Positions 48,401-61,684 of a stretch of DNA of 64,000 bases are shown in pieces (position 1 is the stretch's first letter; each line of letters starts with the position of its first letter). The stretch lies in IMG/VR virus record IMGVR_UViG_3300031992_000021, positions 98,951 through 162,950 of that record; one strand, given 5' to 3'. The stretch comes from a virus (lineage: Duplodnaviria > Caudoviricetes). The notes below the pieces were generated by a model, which saw only the letters and a program-made list of their open reading frames with translations, did no database searches and was not told the origin of the DNA. Made by a program: the position numbers and the translations under genes.

Positions 48401-51400
48401 GAGACCTGTAGAGATCCTTCACATAGCCGATGAACGTCTCGATGGCCCTCTCCTCGCTCGTGAACATCTCCGGCCACGGTGTCGTGAACTCGGGATCCTC
48501 CGTGTCGCTGTCACCCCAGGTGACGGTCTGCCAGATGGTCCCCTCCACGTCGTTTTCGTCGACATTGAAGCGGTACTCATTCTGCCCATCATAGACAAAA
48601 TAGCACCCCTGTCCGCCAAGCTCGTCCCGAAGCCATTCAATGAACTTGACGCACATGCCGCGTCTGATCAAAGTGCGCCCGTCCTTGTCCTCTCGGAAGA
48701 ACTGCTCCGCGAATTTGTGGTTCTCGTCGTTAGCCATGGCGTACGCCAGAGAAGGCACCGAGTCGAACCTATCCATGATCCACTTCACGCATTCGTCGAG
48801 GGCAAGCCCCCGCGTAGCATACGATCCGCAGATGTGCTGAACGATTCCGAACCTCTCTTCGTTGTCTATGGCAGACACAGTCCATATCTTCATTGCTTCA
48901 CCTCGGTGGAATACATCCTCCAGACGATCTCCCTGTCGTCCGTCGAATAGTTGTACTGCCATACGCTGCGGCCACACTTCCCAGGATTCGAGAGCACGTC
49001 CTTGACGTCGGAAGCGATGCGCTCCTCTACATCGTCGTCGTCCAGCCCCTCGTAATTAGCCCTGACAGACTCTTCCACGGCCTTGCGAAGAGCCTTCAGG
49101 CAGGCCTTCTTGTCGGAGCACGCGACAGCATACGGCGTAAGCGATTCATGTACGGTCTGATGCCCGAAGGCGTCACCGGTAAGGGTGAACGCCTCGCACA
49201 TTATCCAGACCTTTGTCTTGACCTTGTCCATCAGAACACCACCTCAAGCTTTCCTTTCATTGTTTGCCTTCGGAAGCATGAACATCATTTGGGGCATCGG
49301 GTCGTAGTACACCCTGTCGTCCTCCTCCTTAGTAGTTTCAGTAGGATAGAGTTTCACAAGATCCTCCATCTCCTTCTCAAGACGCTCAAGGCATCCAAGG
49401 CATTCCTTTGGAACGTCCGCCCCACGCTCGTCCCGAGCCTTCTTCATCATCAGCCATTTCTGCACAGTCCTGTACAGCATGAGTCCAGGGCACATGCGAT
49501 AGCCCTGCACCTTCTCTTCGAGATAGTTGCGAAGCGTGGTCCACACCTCGTCCATGTCGATGATGGCGTTTCCGACTTTGAGCCATGTGATGTCGAGGTA
49601 CTTCGTCTTGAGGTACGGCCACCAGCCGCCCTCCGGGCACGACCAGTTGCCGTCTTCGTCGAACACCGGACGTCCGATGTCGTACCACATGTTCTCCACC
49701 TCATCCTTGACCCATTCCTCGTACAGCTTCCGCTGCTGGCAGGCATACCCCTCCTCGAACGGGATGAGCCTCCAGTACTGCCAGAGCTCGTCCGAATCCT
49801 TGTCGTTGAGGATTGCGCGGACAACCGCCTTCACCTCTTTCCTCTCGCACGGAAGCAATCTGTTGCCCTTGCGCTCCCTCGGCCTTATGCCAAGCTGAGC
49901 TATTTGCTCTTTTGTGAATCCCATCCTAGAGACCTCCTTGTCAGTTCATCCGGCTCCCAGTCCGGGCAAGCCTCGTTGTTGTTGAATCGCCAGTCCCTGT
50001 GCGGGTTCCTGAGCTTGCACTTGCATACGTCCTTTTTCTCGTCTACGCCATTGCAGTGCTGACAGTTTCCGCAGTAACCGGTCTCTTCTTCATCAGGCCA
50101 TTTCCAGGCCCGGCAGGAGAGCTTCGTCGGCCTTTTCGACCTTTGGGGGAGAAACGGATGCTTGGGGGACGCCTTCGTCCCCCTCTTCGTCCCGCCCTTC
50201 GCCTTTGCTTTTCCTGTACGCTTCAAGATCATAGTCAACCACCTTTTCCTTGAGCTGCTCGCGGAAGATGACCATCAGCTTCTCCTCCGCGTGAGAAGCC
50301 TTCCGGCCGAACACGCGGAATCCGATGTCCTCCCCGTTGAACATGACTCCATAGCAGTTCTCTCCGTTCTTCGGCTTGATTGCGTAGTCAGGCTTCATCA
50401 CGATCTGGATCATGGACTAGCCTTCCTTTCCTCCAGAAGATACGAACGAGAACACGCCCTCCCTCGGGCACTCGGCGAAGGCCTCGCTCCTTACGATGCA
50501 CGCGAACACGTGAACGCAACGCTCGAACCTCTGCCGGCTCATGGACTTCGCAAGTTCCATGTAAGCCCTCGTCCTTTCGGCGCCCTCGGCAGGATCCCAG
50601 TCGAGAATGTTCCAGTTGTGTTCGTCCGGAACAATCTCGCCTGTCCACTGCTTGAGCTGGTCTTCGTTCTTGAGATGGTGCATGAGGCAGTCCATCGCCG
50701 CAATCACCTCGGCCCTGTTCGCAATCTCCTCTCCGAGAACGTTCTCGAAGTCGGCAAACGACTCAGGCTCCTTTGGCTTGCATTCCTTTTTGCGACTCTT
50801 GCAACCCTTTTGGACTAATCTTTCGCTGTATATCCTGTCCACCTTGTCGAGGTCGACCTTCATCTTGGCGAGAACATACTCTGTCGCGTTGTACGGATGC
50901 AACGCTCCTCCACCCCACGCCTTGGCTATCTCCCTTCTGACATCGCATGGCATGCACTCTATCAGACCGCCATAGTCGTAACCATGCTTTTCGTTGAGCT
51001 CTTGCCATGTCATGGAATCACCTCGAAAATCCTCCGAACAGCTCGTCCGGCTCCCTCAGATCCTCGTGATCCGGCTCTTTGTCCTCCGAGAACGGATCTC
51101 CTTCGTGGATCCTCCCCATGTCGACGAACTTGAGCTTGCAGAGCCGCTCCCAGAGCTTGGAGAGGCACTGCTGCCCCGGCCAGCTCTCCCATGTCCTGTT
51201 GCAGTAGGACACCTTCGTGACGCGCTTCCCGAAAAGCACGTTTTCGTTCTCGCGGTACTGAGACCAGTCATTCACCATGTCGTCGAGACGCGGAAGCGGA
51301 CCTACGACGCACGCCCTGTGCATGAATCCGCTTCGCGAGCTCTTGCTGTGCACGAAGAAGTCAACCGACCTGTCGTGCCCATCCTTGTCCTTCCACCCAA

Positions 51401-53587
51401 ACCTGTATTTCTTGAACATGATTCCTCCTATTTCACAGTCACCTTCACATCGACCTTAAGCGGTCTGACTCTGCTCGGGAAGGGCGTCCCTCCGGCCCAC
51501 AGGACGACGTCCTCCTGCGTACACAGAGCCTCCACGGCCTCATCGTACGTATCGTAGCGGTCAGCCGAGAGGGGGTTGCTCGTAGTCTCGCAGCTGTCTC
51601 CGTGATAGCCGCGATCCTCGACCGTCATGAACTGGCTGATCGACGGGTCTCCTATGATCCAGAAATCGTCCTCGTCCCTGACCACGTCCGACTTCGATTT
51701 CTTCGAGCGCTTCGACATCTCAGAAATCTCCATCGAAGCGGACACGCTGTAGTCCGCCCCTTTGTCATTGTTCTTTGATATGTCGACCTCTACGCCGAAC
51801 CGTCCCATGCTCGCCGCGAACCTTCTGAGCCAGAAGACGAGACGGTTCTCCTCGGTCTCGTCTACCAGCCCATCCATCTCCACCTCAATGGAAATGCTGT
51901 CTCCGAAGCCAACGATCACGTGGTCTTCCAGCCACATCGGCTTCCCGTTGTCGAACGCGATGTCGTTTCCTTCCTCGTCATGAAGCGAAAGCGAGCCGTG
52001 CGTCCTCACGTACTCGCGGAACTTCCTTCTCCATGTCTGCAGATCTTTTTTGGATATCATATCCTGTCCTTTCTGATGATGTGGTACACGTCTGCTCCAT
52101 TGTCCGTCTCCGTGTAGTCGATAAGGTAATCCTTGACTGCGGAGTCAGGGTCGAACCGGCATCCGATCCTCTTGAACAGACGAGTGAACGTGCTCATACC
52201 CTTGCCGTCGAAGTGGAAGTGCGGCATCGGAGTCCTGTCGATCGCATATTCCTTCCACAGCTCCTCGCCGTGTTCGATCACGAACCGGTCTAGCGAAGCC
52301 CTGGCGGCCGATAGAGTCACAAACGCACCATATCCGTCCTTCTTCTTGTGGTTGAAGCACAGGGCCTCGTATACCGCCGCGCTCCTCTTGTCGTAGCCGC
52401 ATCCCGTTGCGCGGCCTTCCCCCATCGCCGTGTTAGTCCCATACTTCTCGTCCTCGTAGCAGAGATAGGCGAACGCATGAGGGTTAGACCCATACATCCT
52501 GCTTCGCGACCACTCCACGCGGATGTTGATCTCCACGAGCTTTCCGGCCTTGTCGGCATCTTCCAGCCTTCGCTTCCACATTCCGATCTCATTGGGAAGC
52601 GACTTCTCAAGATATTGCCGAGCCTTGTCGACATCCTCCTGCAGCACGACATGTCCCTTCGCCATCCACCGGACGCTGCTCTTCAGCCTGTAGCAGTTGT
52701 GCTCCTTGTCGAAGCACTTAGGGTTTCCAAACGTTCCCTCCATCGCCTCCAGCGTTTTCTTCGCCGCTTCAGTCTCGCGATCGAAATAGGCGACGAGCCC
52801 CTTCTTAACGGCTCCGTAGTTCTTGATGTGTCTCATGTCTTCCTTTCATTTTTCAGACGCGATGTAGACGAGATACTTGTACAGCTCATCGATGCTCGCC
52901 GCGCCATATCCCACGAAGTCGAGAGCCTCGGTGATGAACCTGCGGATGTCTCCGTCCGTCCACTCCTTCCGCTTCAGGAGAAGCTGTCCTCCGTCGACCT
53001 CGCGCAGGCCTTCCGTAGTGTCGTCTACGTATCCCTTGTCCACTGCGTCCACAACGATGAACGCGGAACCCTTCGTTCCGTCGAGCTCATACCTCTCGAC
53101 CATGATGTAGTCGTCGAACCCTTCGTCGATGTCGTCCGCGTCAAGGTTCCCCCCTGCTCCGAACGCAATGTTGAAGAACTCCTCGGACGCTGCGTCGTAG
53201 AGGACTATGCCTCCTTCCCACTCGAACTTGTTCTTCGGAACCACGTCCTTGAACCGCTCGAACGACGCCCTGTCGCTCTTTGCGAACCTGCTCTCGTTCT
53301 CTTCCGCCATGTCTCCTCCTAGACCAGCGGAAACGCGAACTCGTCGCCTTCGCATATCCCGTATTCCTTTTCGAGAGCCTCGCACATGAGGAGGCACGCC
53401 TTGCACGCCGCCTCGTTCCTTCCGTCGAAGCGCTCGGCACGCTTCATCCTCGCAAGCTCCCTTACAAAGGGAATGATGAATCCTCCCGTGAACGACTGCA
53501 CGAGAGTCCTGTGCATCGCCGCCATGCCCATGGCGAGCCGCTCGAGGTCCTGCCTGCTTCCATACCGGTTGGTGAGCGCCTCGAGAT

Positions 53588-53998
53588 TCATCCTAGCCTC
53601 ATCAACCTTGTCGACCTTGTCGACATCTTCTTCGTGTCCTTTGTCTGCCATAGCACACCTCCTTTGATGTTGGCATCCTCCCAGTTCTGTTCCTGCACCA
53701 CAGGAACGCCCATCTCAAGCGCGACGCGAAGCTCCATGCGTGCTCCCTCGCTGGTCTCCCAGCCGCGCAGCATGAATATCGCGTCGCACTTCCTGAGCGC
53801 CGCGATGTCGGCCTCCAAGACCATCTCGACCAGTTCGGGGTTCGAGTCGATCTCCTCCGGGGTGGCGATGGAGTCTCCTATCTCCATCGGATTCACCGCA
53901 TGGAAACCGGCTTCTTCGAGCCTTTTCGACCAGTTCCTGAACTGCCACCTGTTGTAGTCGGCCACCCCGCGCATCTTTCCCGAGACGTATACCGTCAT
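53588..53998 (-). CDS. DUF4406 family (nucleoside 2-deoxyribosyltransferase-like) protein
   Basis: VYVSGKMRG..DYN..F...VNP...L..CDAIFMLRGWETSEGARME. Confidence 0.8.
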   Translation of the reverse strand: MTVYVSGKMRGVADYNRWQFRNWSKRLEEAGFHAVNPMEIGDSIATPEEIDSNPELVEMVLEADIAALRKCDAIFMLRGWETSEGARMELRVALEMGVPVVQEQNWEDANIKGGVLWQTKDTKKMSTRSTRLMRLG

Positions 53999-56551
53999 TC
54001 CGGGCCGCAACACGTAGGGAAGACCCTTCACAGCCGTCTCCAGTCCAGCGACTTCACGAGCCAGCCGAATCTGTCGGACAGCGCGTCCGCGATTCCGTCC
54101 TCGATATCGTCCGCCTGCATGAACAGCCTGAACGAGTCTGGAAGGTCCACCTTCTTGCCGTCCGTCTCCCACCGAATGTTGAAAGCCTCGACCTCGACAA
54201 GGCCAAGGTATCCCTTTGTCATTTCGGCCATCTTTGCGAGAGCCCTCACGAGATGCCGCTCGCACGCATCGTCGTCCGAAGGCTGCGAGGCAAGACAGAC
54301 CATTGCGCAGCTCTCGACCTTCTTCACGACGTCGCGAATCTTCGAGTTCTTCTCGGTCATGACGGAACCTCCAGCTTGACAACCTCTCCCCTGTACGAGA
54401 AGCTTCCGTCGCACAGATGCCATGCGAGCTTTCCGTCCTCGGAGTAGTACCAGTCTGAATATTTCCGGCTGTCTTCGTCCTGCTGCATCCCACGCAAGTC
54501 CGCGAGCGACTTTGTTTCGCCGTCGATCTCGATCTCCGACGTCCAGTCCTCTCGGATGGCCCTGTTGAGCTCTCTGACCGCAGCATCCTCGCTTGCGAAC
54601 AGCTTCACGTCGCAAGCGATCTCGTCGCTCGGGGACTCGCCGTAGTAGTAGCACGCCGTCTTTACGCACCATACGACACCCTTGCGGCTTTTGAAGGCAA
54701 CCTTCTCTTTCAGCTTCCCGTTCTCCGCCTTAAGCTTGCCATACTGCTCGACGTACCACGAAGAACTGTGTACGGCATCCTTTGCCCCAGGCTTTTTCGC
54801 AACATCAAGGTAATATACCTCTTGTGGCTTCCTTGGCATTTTCATCTCCTTTCTCCCTGATTTCAGGGACCGCCGTCCGCTCGATCTTGTAGTCCGTCAC
54901 GCAGTCGCCATACCGGAACTGCGCAGACTTTCCGCCGAACCACTGGCAGTATTTCTCCACGGCGCACTCCAGTTCCACTTCCGTATACGAAATGCCCGTG
55001 AACACGGTGTTGATCACGCATTCGGCGAGATCCTTCTTGATGAAGTCTACGGCTTCTTCGGATGTCGAGAACAGGCATGACGACGCGCAGTTCTCGTAGT
55101 TTCCGTGAGAGGTTCCGTCGACCGTCACCATGTACACATAGCCGCTAGTCATCGCACACCTCGGCTATCAGAGGGTCGTCCGCAAGAGGCATAAGCTTGT
55201 TGATCAATTCGTCGAGCTTGGGGTTCTTCCATATTCTCTTGCTGGCGTACCCCCGCCCGATGAACTCGGTCGCAACATCCCTGTAATCTCTGAGCGTGCT
55301 GCTCAGATGCTTGGCCTCCCACTTGGCTGTTCCGACAAGTCGACTGAGAGTCTCGGCATAGTCTCCGCACATCCTTGCGCTGTCCTTTGCGAGAAGCTTC
55401 TTGTTTTCATACAGTTCATTCGCATCGAACTCAACCACCCACTGTCTCCCGTCGTCGGCCGTGCACTCGCCTACGAACTCTACCCTTGGGTATGACGTGA
55501 TCGTGCTTCCCTTCTTCACTTCGGCGCCACGCATGTTGATCGAATAGACGCGAAGAATCAGCACCTCCTGATCCCTGAACACCTTCGCGCCTCCGACACT
55601 TGCGATGTGAGCCCTCAGCATAGTCTTCCCAATGAACGAAAGGGCTATCCTGTACACTGCGTCGAAGGGGTCTTCCCCCTCCTTCGCCACTGGGTAGCGG
55701 AAATGCCTCGCCCAGATGGAATACTTCGATTGCACCATATCAGTTCTCCATTTTCATTGATTCAATGGGTTGAACCGACGTGGCTGTAAACCTCGCCGGT
55801 TCGTAGTTTGACGGCGTCCCGGCCGTCGTGATGTAGCACCCGTGGCACGGCTCCTGCACACTCGAGTCTCCGGTCTTGTAGTTGAAATCGAGATGCACGC
55901 ACCCATGGCACTGAATTATGCTTATCATTCCACGTACCCTCCGTGGTAGTCGCTATCGGCCTTGTATGCCCCTCCTGACACGACGACCGACCCCATGCTC
56001 ATGGGCTGGACGTCGAGATACTTCAGCTCGTTCCTGGCCCATGTGCAGTTGGGGTTCTTCTTCAGTATGCCGACAAGCTTCTTCCTGTACTTCTCGCGCT
56101 CATCTTCCGTCATGGCTCAGGCCTGATCGGGCTTGAAGATCTTGTTGCACTCCTCGAACTCGAGGTTCGTGAGCGACGCATGGATGGCATACATGGCCGC
56201 CATGGTCTGCACTCTGCTCTTGCAGTCGTTCGCAATGGCGAGGAACAGCTTCTTGTGGGCAAGCGTCAAAGCCTCAACCTCCTTGCCGAACGGGCACACA
56301 GGAGACTCAGCCTTCTTGGCCTTCTCGACCTTCTTGGCCTTTGTGACCTTCTTGACCTTCTTGACTTCCTTGGTTTTCTTCATCTTCTTCTCCTTTGAGT
56401 TTCTTCATCGTATCCTCCCTGTCCGGGAGGATCTCCTTTAGACAGTTTTCGCACAGATGCGCGTTGTCCGCCCCTCCGTACACGAGCACAAGCGCTCCTG
56501 TTCCGGAAGGCACGGGCTTCGCGCACCTGTCGCAGACGATCATCTCGATCT

Positions 56552-56992
56552 TCATGGGCTTTTGACTTTGGGGACGTAGTTTGTCCACGTGTCATGGCGC
56601 TTCAGCGCACCGCATCCGCAGTGCCATTCCTGCTCCATCGCAACGGCCGTGACCTCCACCCATCCGTTCGTGACAAGCCACCACTCCCCCTTGCAGAAGC
56701 ATGGCTTCTTCATGGCCTCCCGGATGTAGTCGTCAGCCCTCCTGTCGCCTTCCTCCAGGTAGAACTCCGGGTATCCGACAGGATAGATCCATCCGCTCTC
56801 GCGGCTTGGACCATGCCTGACGGATACGTGCAGCCTCCTCCCAAGCTCGACGCGTGAGACCTCATGCGGATCGTTCGTGGAGCACAGCACGGTATGCGAG
56901 CACTCAAACACGACACGGGGCCGCTTGTACTCATGCTCTCTGGAGCATCCTGAAAGCATGAACGCGCATGCAACAACAATCATCGTCTTCAC
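56552..56992 (-). CDS. Putative lipoprotein
   Basis: MKTMIVVACAFMLSG-C lipobox. Confidence 0.55.
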   Translation of the reverse strand: MKTMIVVACAFMLSGCSREHEYKRPRVVFECSHTVLCSTNDPHEVSRVELGRRLHVSVRHGPSRESGWIYPVGYPEFYLEEGDRRADDYIREAMKKPCFCKGEWWLVTNGWVEVTAVAMEQEWHCGCGALKRHDTWTNYVPKVKSP

Positions 56993-58588
56993 AGTTTAAC
57001 CTCCTGTTTCTCTGCGTCCTGAAGCTGATATCCCATCTTAAGTTTCCTGCCCAAGCAGGCATACTCGAATATCCACTTCCATTGCATGTCATTTCCCTTG
57101 GCGGCATCGGCAATCCAGGTCGCCACGATGAACTCCTCGTAGATCGGACAGAGCTTCTTCTCCTCCGACGAGCACGTGCATCCCGGATGAGCCTCCAAGC
57201 ACCTCTCCTTGACCTTCTTCAAGGCGTTTTCGGCAATCTTCACGGCCGAATCGTAGCATCTCAGGTGGACCTTCTGCTCGTTTGTGACGTCGCCTGCCTT
57301 GATGGCCTCGTCAAGGTTCTTCTCAAGCCAGTAGTTGGCAAGGTTCACGTCCTTGATGTACTTGGCGAACTTCTTGACCGTGGACGCCGCCTCGTCCAGC
57401 TTCTGTATTTCCTTTTCCGTCAGATCGTGAATTTTCATGTGTCATCCTCGACATGAGCTCGCAGAAGGCATGGCCGGCCTTTGAGCCGACCTGCCTCGAT
57501 GCAAGCATGAGCTCTTCTGTGCTCACCCGTCGCATATCGTCATCTCCGGCTTCTCCAGCTTCATCAGTCGGTCAGCCGGTCCGTTATCACAAGCCGTACG
57601 AAGTGCACGGTGTTTTCCATGCGGTCTCCGTCGACCGTTCCCTCGGAGTGCTGAGTCCTCACCTTTGAGGGGTCGCTGCATCCAAGGGCGGTGAGAACAT
57701 TCTCAAGCACTTTTCCTGATGCTTTGATCTCGACATTCCTGGTCATGCTGTCAGCGCTGGGTCTATCCTCGACATGGACGCTGTATCCGGACGGATCGAA
57801 CCCCATCTTGACGAGACGGTTTCCGATGTGCCTCGACCACATCTCGTCGATCATCGAGGAAAGATCGTCGCGCAGCATGACAGTCCCGTCGGACTGAACG
57901 TCCCCGTTTCCGAACAGCGGTTTTCCGTTGATCTTGATCTCATGCTTCTGGGCATCAGAAAGATCGCTTAGCTTGATCGTATCCTCTGCGGATATTTCCG
58001 GAACCTTTGCCATTCCAGACACCCTCACAATGCACGGAACGCCGTCATTGCACGAATCCTGCGCCCACTCCACGAACCTTCCGGCCTCTATCTTGACGCC
58101 GCTGTGGAAAACGAGCTCATTCCACTTTGCTCCGCTAATGCCAAAGGATTCCACAAACTCTGTGTGCCAAGTCAAGCTCTTTCCGTCAACTGTGACGAGC
58201 TGCATGTACCCATCCCCGTTGTTGAAATCCCCGTAGTTCCCGTAGTCAACGTTTTCCAACTTCCCGAAGAAGGCATACGCCTCGGCGAGCTTCTTCTGTG
58301 ATCCGTCTTCTCCTACCTCGATCTTTCCTTCCTTGTCCACGGCGAAAACCTGCACCAGCGCAGCCTTCGCCTTCTTGTCTTCGTTGCTCATCTTCTCATC
58401 TTCCTTTCGTTTTTCTTTACTTTGTTTTTCCAAACTCCCTGCGGCACGCCTTCACTACGCGCTCAAGGAACTTCGACGGCTCTATCGTGTGCTCGCGGGG
58501 AATGCGACCGTCCTTTGTCATGCTGTCCTCGTTCCAGTAGCACCTGGCGTAGTTCTGCTCCACATCCTTCCGGATGTCGTCTACCGTC

Positions 58589-59242
58589 TCATTTCTCGCC
58601 ATCTTTCATCTCCTTCGTCTGTTCGTAGGCCATCCGCATGGCTACAAGCCAGAACACAACGAAATTGCTCACGCGCTTTCCGCATTCCCAGATCCACTCG
58701 TTGCAATCAGGAAATATTTCCTTGATGTCCAGCTCTGCTTCATAATTCGTGAAGCGAACGCAGTTGTCGAACTCCACGTGGGAGAAGAACGAGTCGCAGT
58801 GGTCCTCGAAGAACTCGTCGAGCTTCGCGTGGTCTCCGTCTTGTCCGTACTCCAAGGCAAACCTTTCGCACAGATCTTCCTTGAACTCCTCCAGCCCCCA
58901 GTCGTACAGATGGCTGGCCGTCTTCACCTTCTCAAGAAAGTAGCACTCGTTGATATCTACCAGCCCATCGCTTCTCTTGTACGTAAAGCACCTTGCCATG
59001 CCGAACAATGTAGCAGGACATGTCGGATAGACCACAGCCTCGCCCAGGTCTCCGGTGATGTACACCGCCTTCGTGTCTTCTCGCTCATGGTCGAACACCA
59101 TGCGGACCCAATGCTGGATTGTCCCTGGCTTCTTCCAGTCCAGCACGTCGAAGCTTTCGCCTCTCACATACCTCGCTTCATGGTTCTTGAACGCACGAAC
59201 GGCATCCTCTATTGAGCCTTTCCACAGTTTCATGATCCACAC
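58589..59242 (-). CDS. Conserved phage hypothetical protein
   Basis: WKKPGT...YITGDLGEAV...YFLEKV. Confidence 0.6.
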   Translation of the reverse strand: MWIMKLWKGSIEDAVRAFKNHEARYVRGESFDVLDWKKPGTIQHWVRMVFDHEREDTKAVYITGDLGEAVVYPTCPATLFGMARCFTYKRSDGLVDINECYFLEKVKTASHLYDWGLEEFKEDLCERFALEYGQDGDHAKLDEFFEDHCDSFFSHVEFDNCVRFTNYEAELDIKEIFPDCNEWIWECGKRVSNFVVFWLVAMRMAYEQTKEMKDGEK

Positions 59243-59637
59243 CGCCTCATGTCAGTCGTTTATGAGCGACATCAGCTCCTCTACCCGCTTCGGTATGTAT
59301 CCGATTGCGCAGTATGTGTTCGTGCCACCTGTCCAGTCCTCCGCATGGGCCATTGTGCGCATGAGCACCTTGCTGTACCACGCCTTCGGAAAGAACCTTA
59401 CATCGCTGATCGACAGGTACACATGCCTGTCGGGCTTTCCGTTCTCCCCCTTCCTCGTAATGACGGCCGAGAACTCATAGTGGTTCCTGTGAACATCCAC
59501 GCTGTAGCCTTTCAGGGCCTTGCGGAGCCACCGCGCATACTCGTTCTGGAACGCCTTGTAGTCGTCTCCGGTGTAGCATCCGCTCGAGAACACGTGATTC
59601 ATCCACCCCCTGAGCTGCTTTGGTACGTCTTCTTCTG

Positions 59638-60831
59638 TCATGTCTCCTCCTGCTTTGCCTCCGAGATGCGCCTGCCGGCGATCTCGAAGTATTCCTTTTC
59701 CTTTTCGATTCCTATGAACCGATGTCCAGTCTGCACGCATGCAACACCAGTAGATCCAGAACCCATGAACGGATCCATCACGACCGATCCCGGCGGCGCC
59801 ACGAGCGTCACGAGATACCTCATGAGGGCGAGCGGCTTGACGGTCACGTGGCTGTTTCCTTCTCCGCGCTCAGACCTCGACGCCTTGGCGCAGTAGAAGA
59901 ACCTCGCCGCAGACCCCGAATCGTTCCGCGGAACGCACTTCTTCCTGTTCCCCGAGAACTTTCCGTAGATGCCTCGCGTCGTCTCGCTCGGCTCCTTGCC
60001 GGTCACTGAGCCCTGCTGACCCCTGCTCTCCGGAAACAGATCCAGCACCTCCGGAGATCCGTCGTGGATGAGGTTCGCCGGAAATCTTCCGACTCCCGCC
60101 GGCCGGTTCCCGGATACAAAGTTGAATCCCATCCCCTGCGTGTCCGCCTTGTGCTCGTTGCGCTCTATCCCGTCCGTCAGGTTGTCGCCGTCAGGCAGCG
60201 GAACACGGCACGCATCGATGTTAAGCGCACCAGTCCCGTGCTTGAGTACGTTGTTGATCACCGTACCGTCAAGCGGCTTCCTCGCTACGAGGATGGGCTC
60301 GTAAGCGGGTTTCAGGCACGTCCCAAAACCCTCCCACTTCGCGGCCCCAGGAGACAGCTCTCGCACCTCCTGCTCGACCTCGTGGCGCTTGTGGTTTCCC
60401 CTCAGCAGGTTTCCACCCTGCATGCTCGTGTCGACCTTGCGTGTGCCTACGACCTTGCCCTCGTAGCCGTTGTGCCTGTCGATCGCCTTGGCGATGTTGA
60501 GCGACTTCGGCCATCCTCCTCCGAATACCCACATAATGCAGTCGCGGATCTCCCAGCCGGCATCCTCGATGGCGCATGCGAGACGATGGTATGTGCGAGT
60601 GCCGCCGAACGCAAGAAGCCAGGCTCCGGGCTTCGCAACCCGGATAGCCCGCTTCCAGAACTCGACGCCAGGCACGCACCCGTCCCACTCCTTGCCCATG
60701 AAACCGCCTTTGCCGTCGCCGGTAAGACCGTACGGAGGGTCGGTCACTATCGCATCCACGGAATCTGGCGGAAGAGTCGGCATCAGGTCGAGGCAGTCGC
60801 CTTCCTTAATGCTCCATCCGTTCATTTTCAT
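59638..60831 (-). CDS. DNA methyltransferase (N6-A/N4-C, beta class)
   Basis: VTDPPY catalytic motif precedes H.TVKP and DPFMGSGSTG SAM-binding motif. Confidence 0.93.
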   Translation of the reverse strand: MKMNGWSIKEGDCLDLMPTLPPDSVDAIVTDPPYGLTGDGKGGFMGKEWDGCVPGVEFWKRAIRVAKPGAWLLAFGGTRTYHRLACAIEDAGWEIRDCIMWVFGGGWPKSLNIAKAIDRHNGYEGKVVGTRKVDTSMQGGNLLRGNHKRHEVEQEVRELSPGAAKWEGFGTCLKPAYEPILVARKPLDGTVINNVLKHGTGALNIDACRVPLPDGDNLTDGIERNEHKADTQGMGFNFVSGNRPAGVGRFPANLIHDGSPEVLDLFPESRGQQGSVTGKEPSETTRGIYGKFSGNRKKCVPRNDSGSAARFFYCAKASRSERGEGNSHVTVKPLALMRYLVTLVAPPGSVVMDPFMGSGSTGVACVQTGHRFIGIEKEKEYFEIAGRRISEAKQEET

Positions 60832-61684
60832 TCACCAGCTTGTTCGATGACTTGGCGAGCGCGTCGAGCGCAGATGGTATTGCAGCCATTATTGCATCGT
60901 CCTCGTCACGCTCCTTCTCCGTCATCCCGAAACGCTTCACAAGGTGCAGGGCACCGCTCATCATCATGAACGGCTGCTGGAGGTACGTTGCCTCCTTGCT
61001 GTGCCCCTGCGCCATCGGGAACTCCATCATGAGATCGCCAAGCTTCTTTGCGAACTCGTTCATGCTCTTCTTGAAGTCGGGACCAAGTTTTTCGTCTATC
61101 GCCCGCTCCTCTTCACGCGTCAGTTTGATTTCGCGCATTTCTTCCTTCTCCTTTCCTTGACCATGTACTTCTCCATCTGCTTTTCCGCGCTTTCCCTGTC
61201 AGGGAAGAACTCCGTGCATACATGGTCCACAGGACATTCCTTGTTCTTGCAGTAGAACCGCAAGGCGTAATATCCGTACCAGTTCGCGCATCTGCACTTG
61301 AACAGACGCATTACTGCGTTGCGCCCGCACACAGGGCAGACGGTAGTAGACTGAACGTACGCCCTCTTGCACCCGCTCTTCTTCATTGTAGCCTCCACCT
61401 CTTGATCGTGCTCAGAGACTTGACAATGTCGTCCTCGCCCTTGATGATTATTTCAAGTGTCGTAGTCGATCCGAACAACCTACGGTCCTCATGAGCAGTT
61501 ACGCACTCGATACTCTCAACTTCTCCGTCCATGTACTCTATCACACAGACCTTGTCGTTTTTGAGGCAGAACATGGTTATGGCAATTGTGACTATGGCAA
61601 TAAGCAAGATCCAGAACCAATTCATTGAAAATAGTTCTACCACAAAAGCCAAGAACGACTGACGGCGTCCGCAAGTGTAATCCA

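Noticed and set aside
53588-54586. 332-aa ORF as listed
   Set aside because: The 5' part overlaps other genes; only the C-terminal DUF4406 part (from about 53998) looks real
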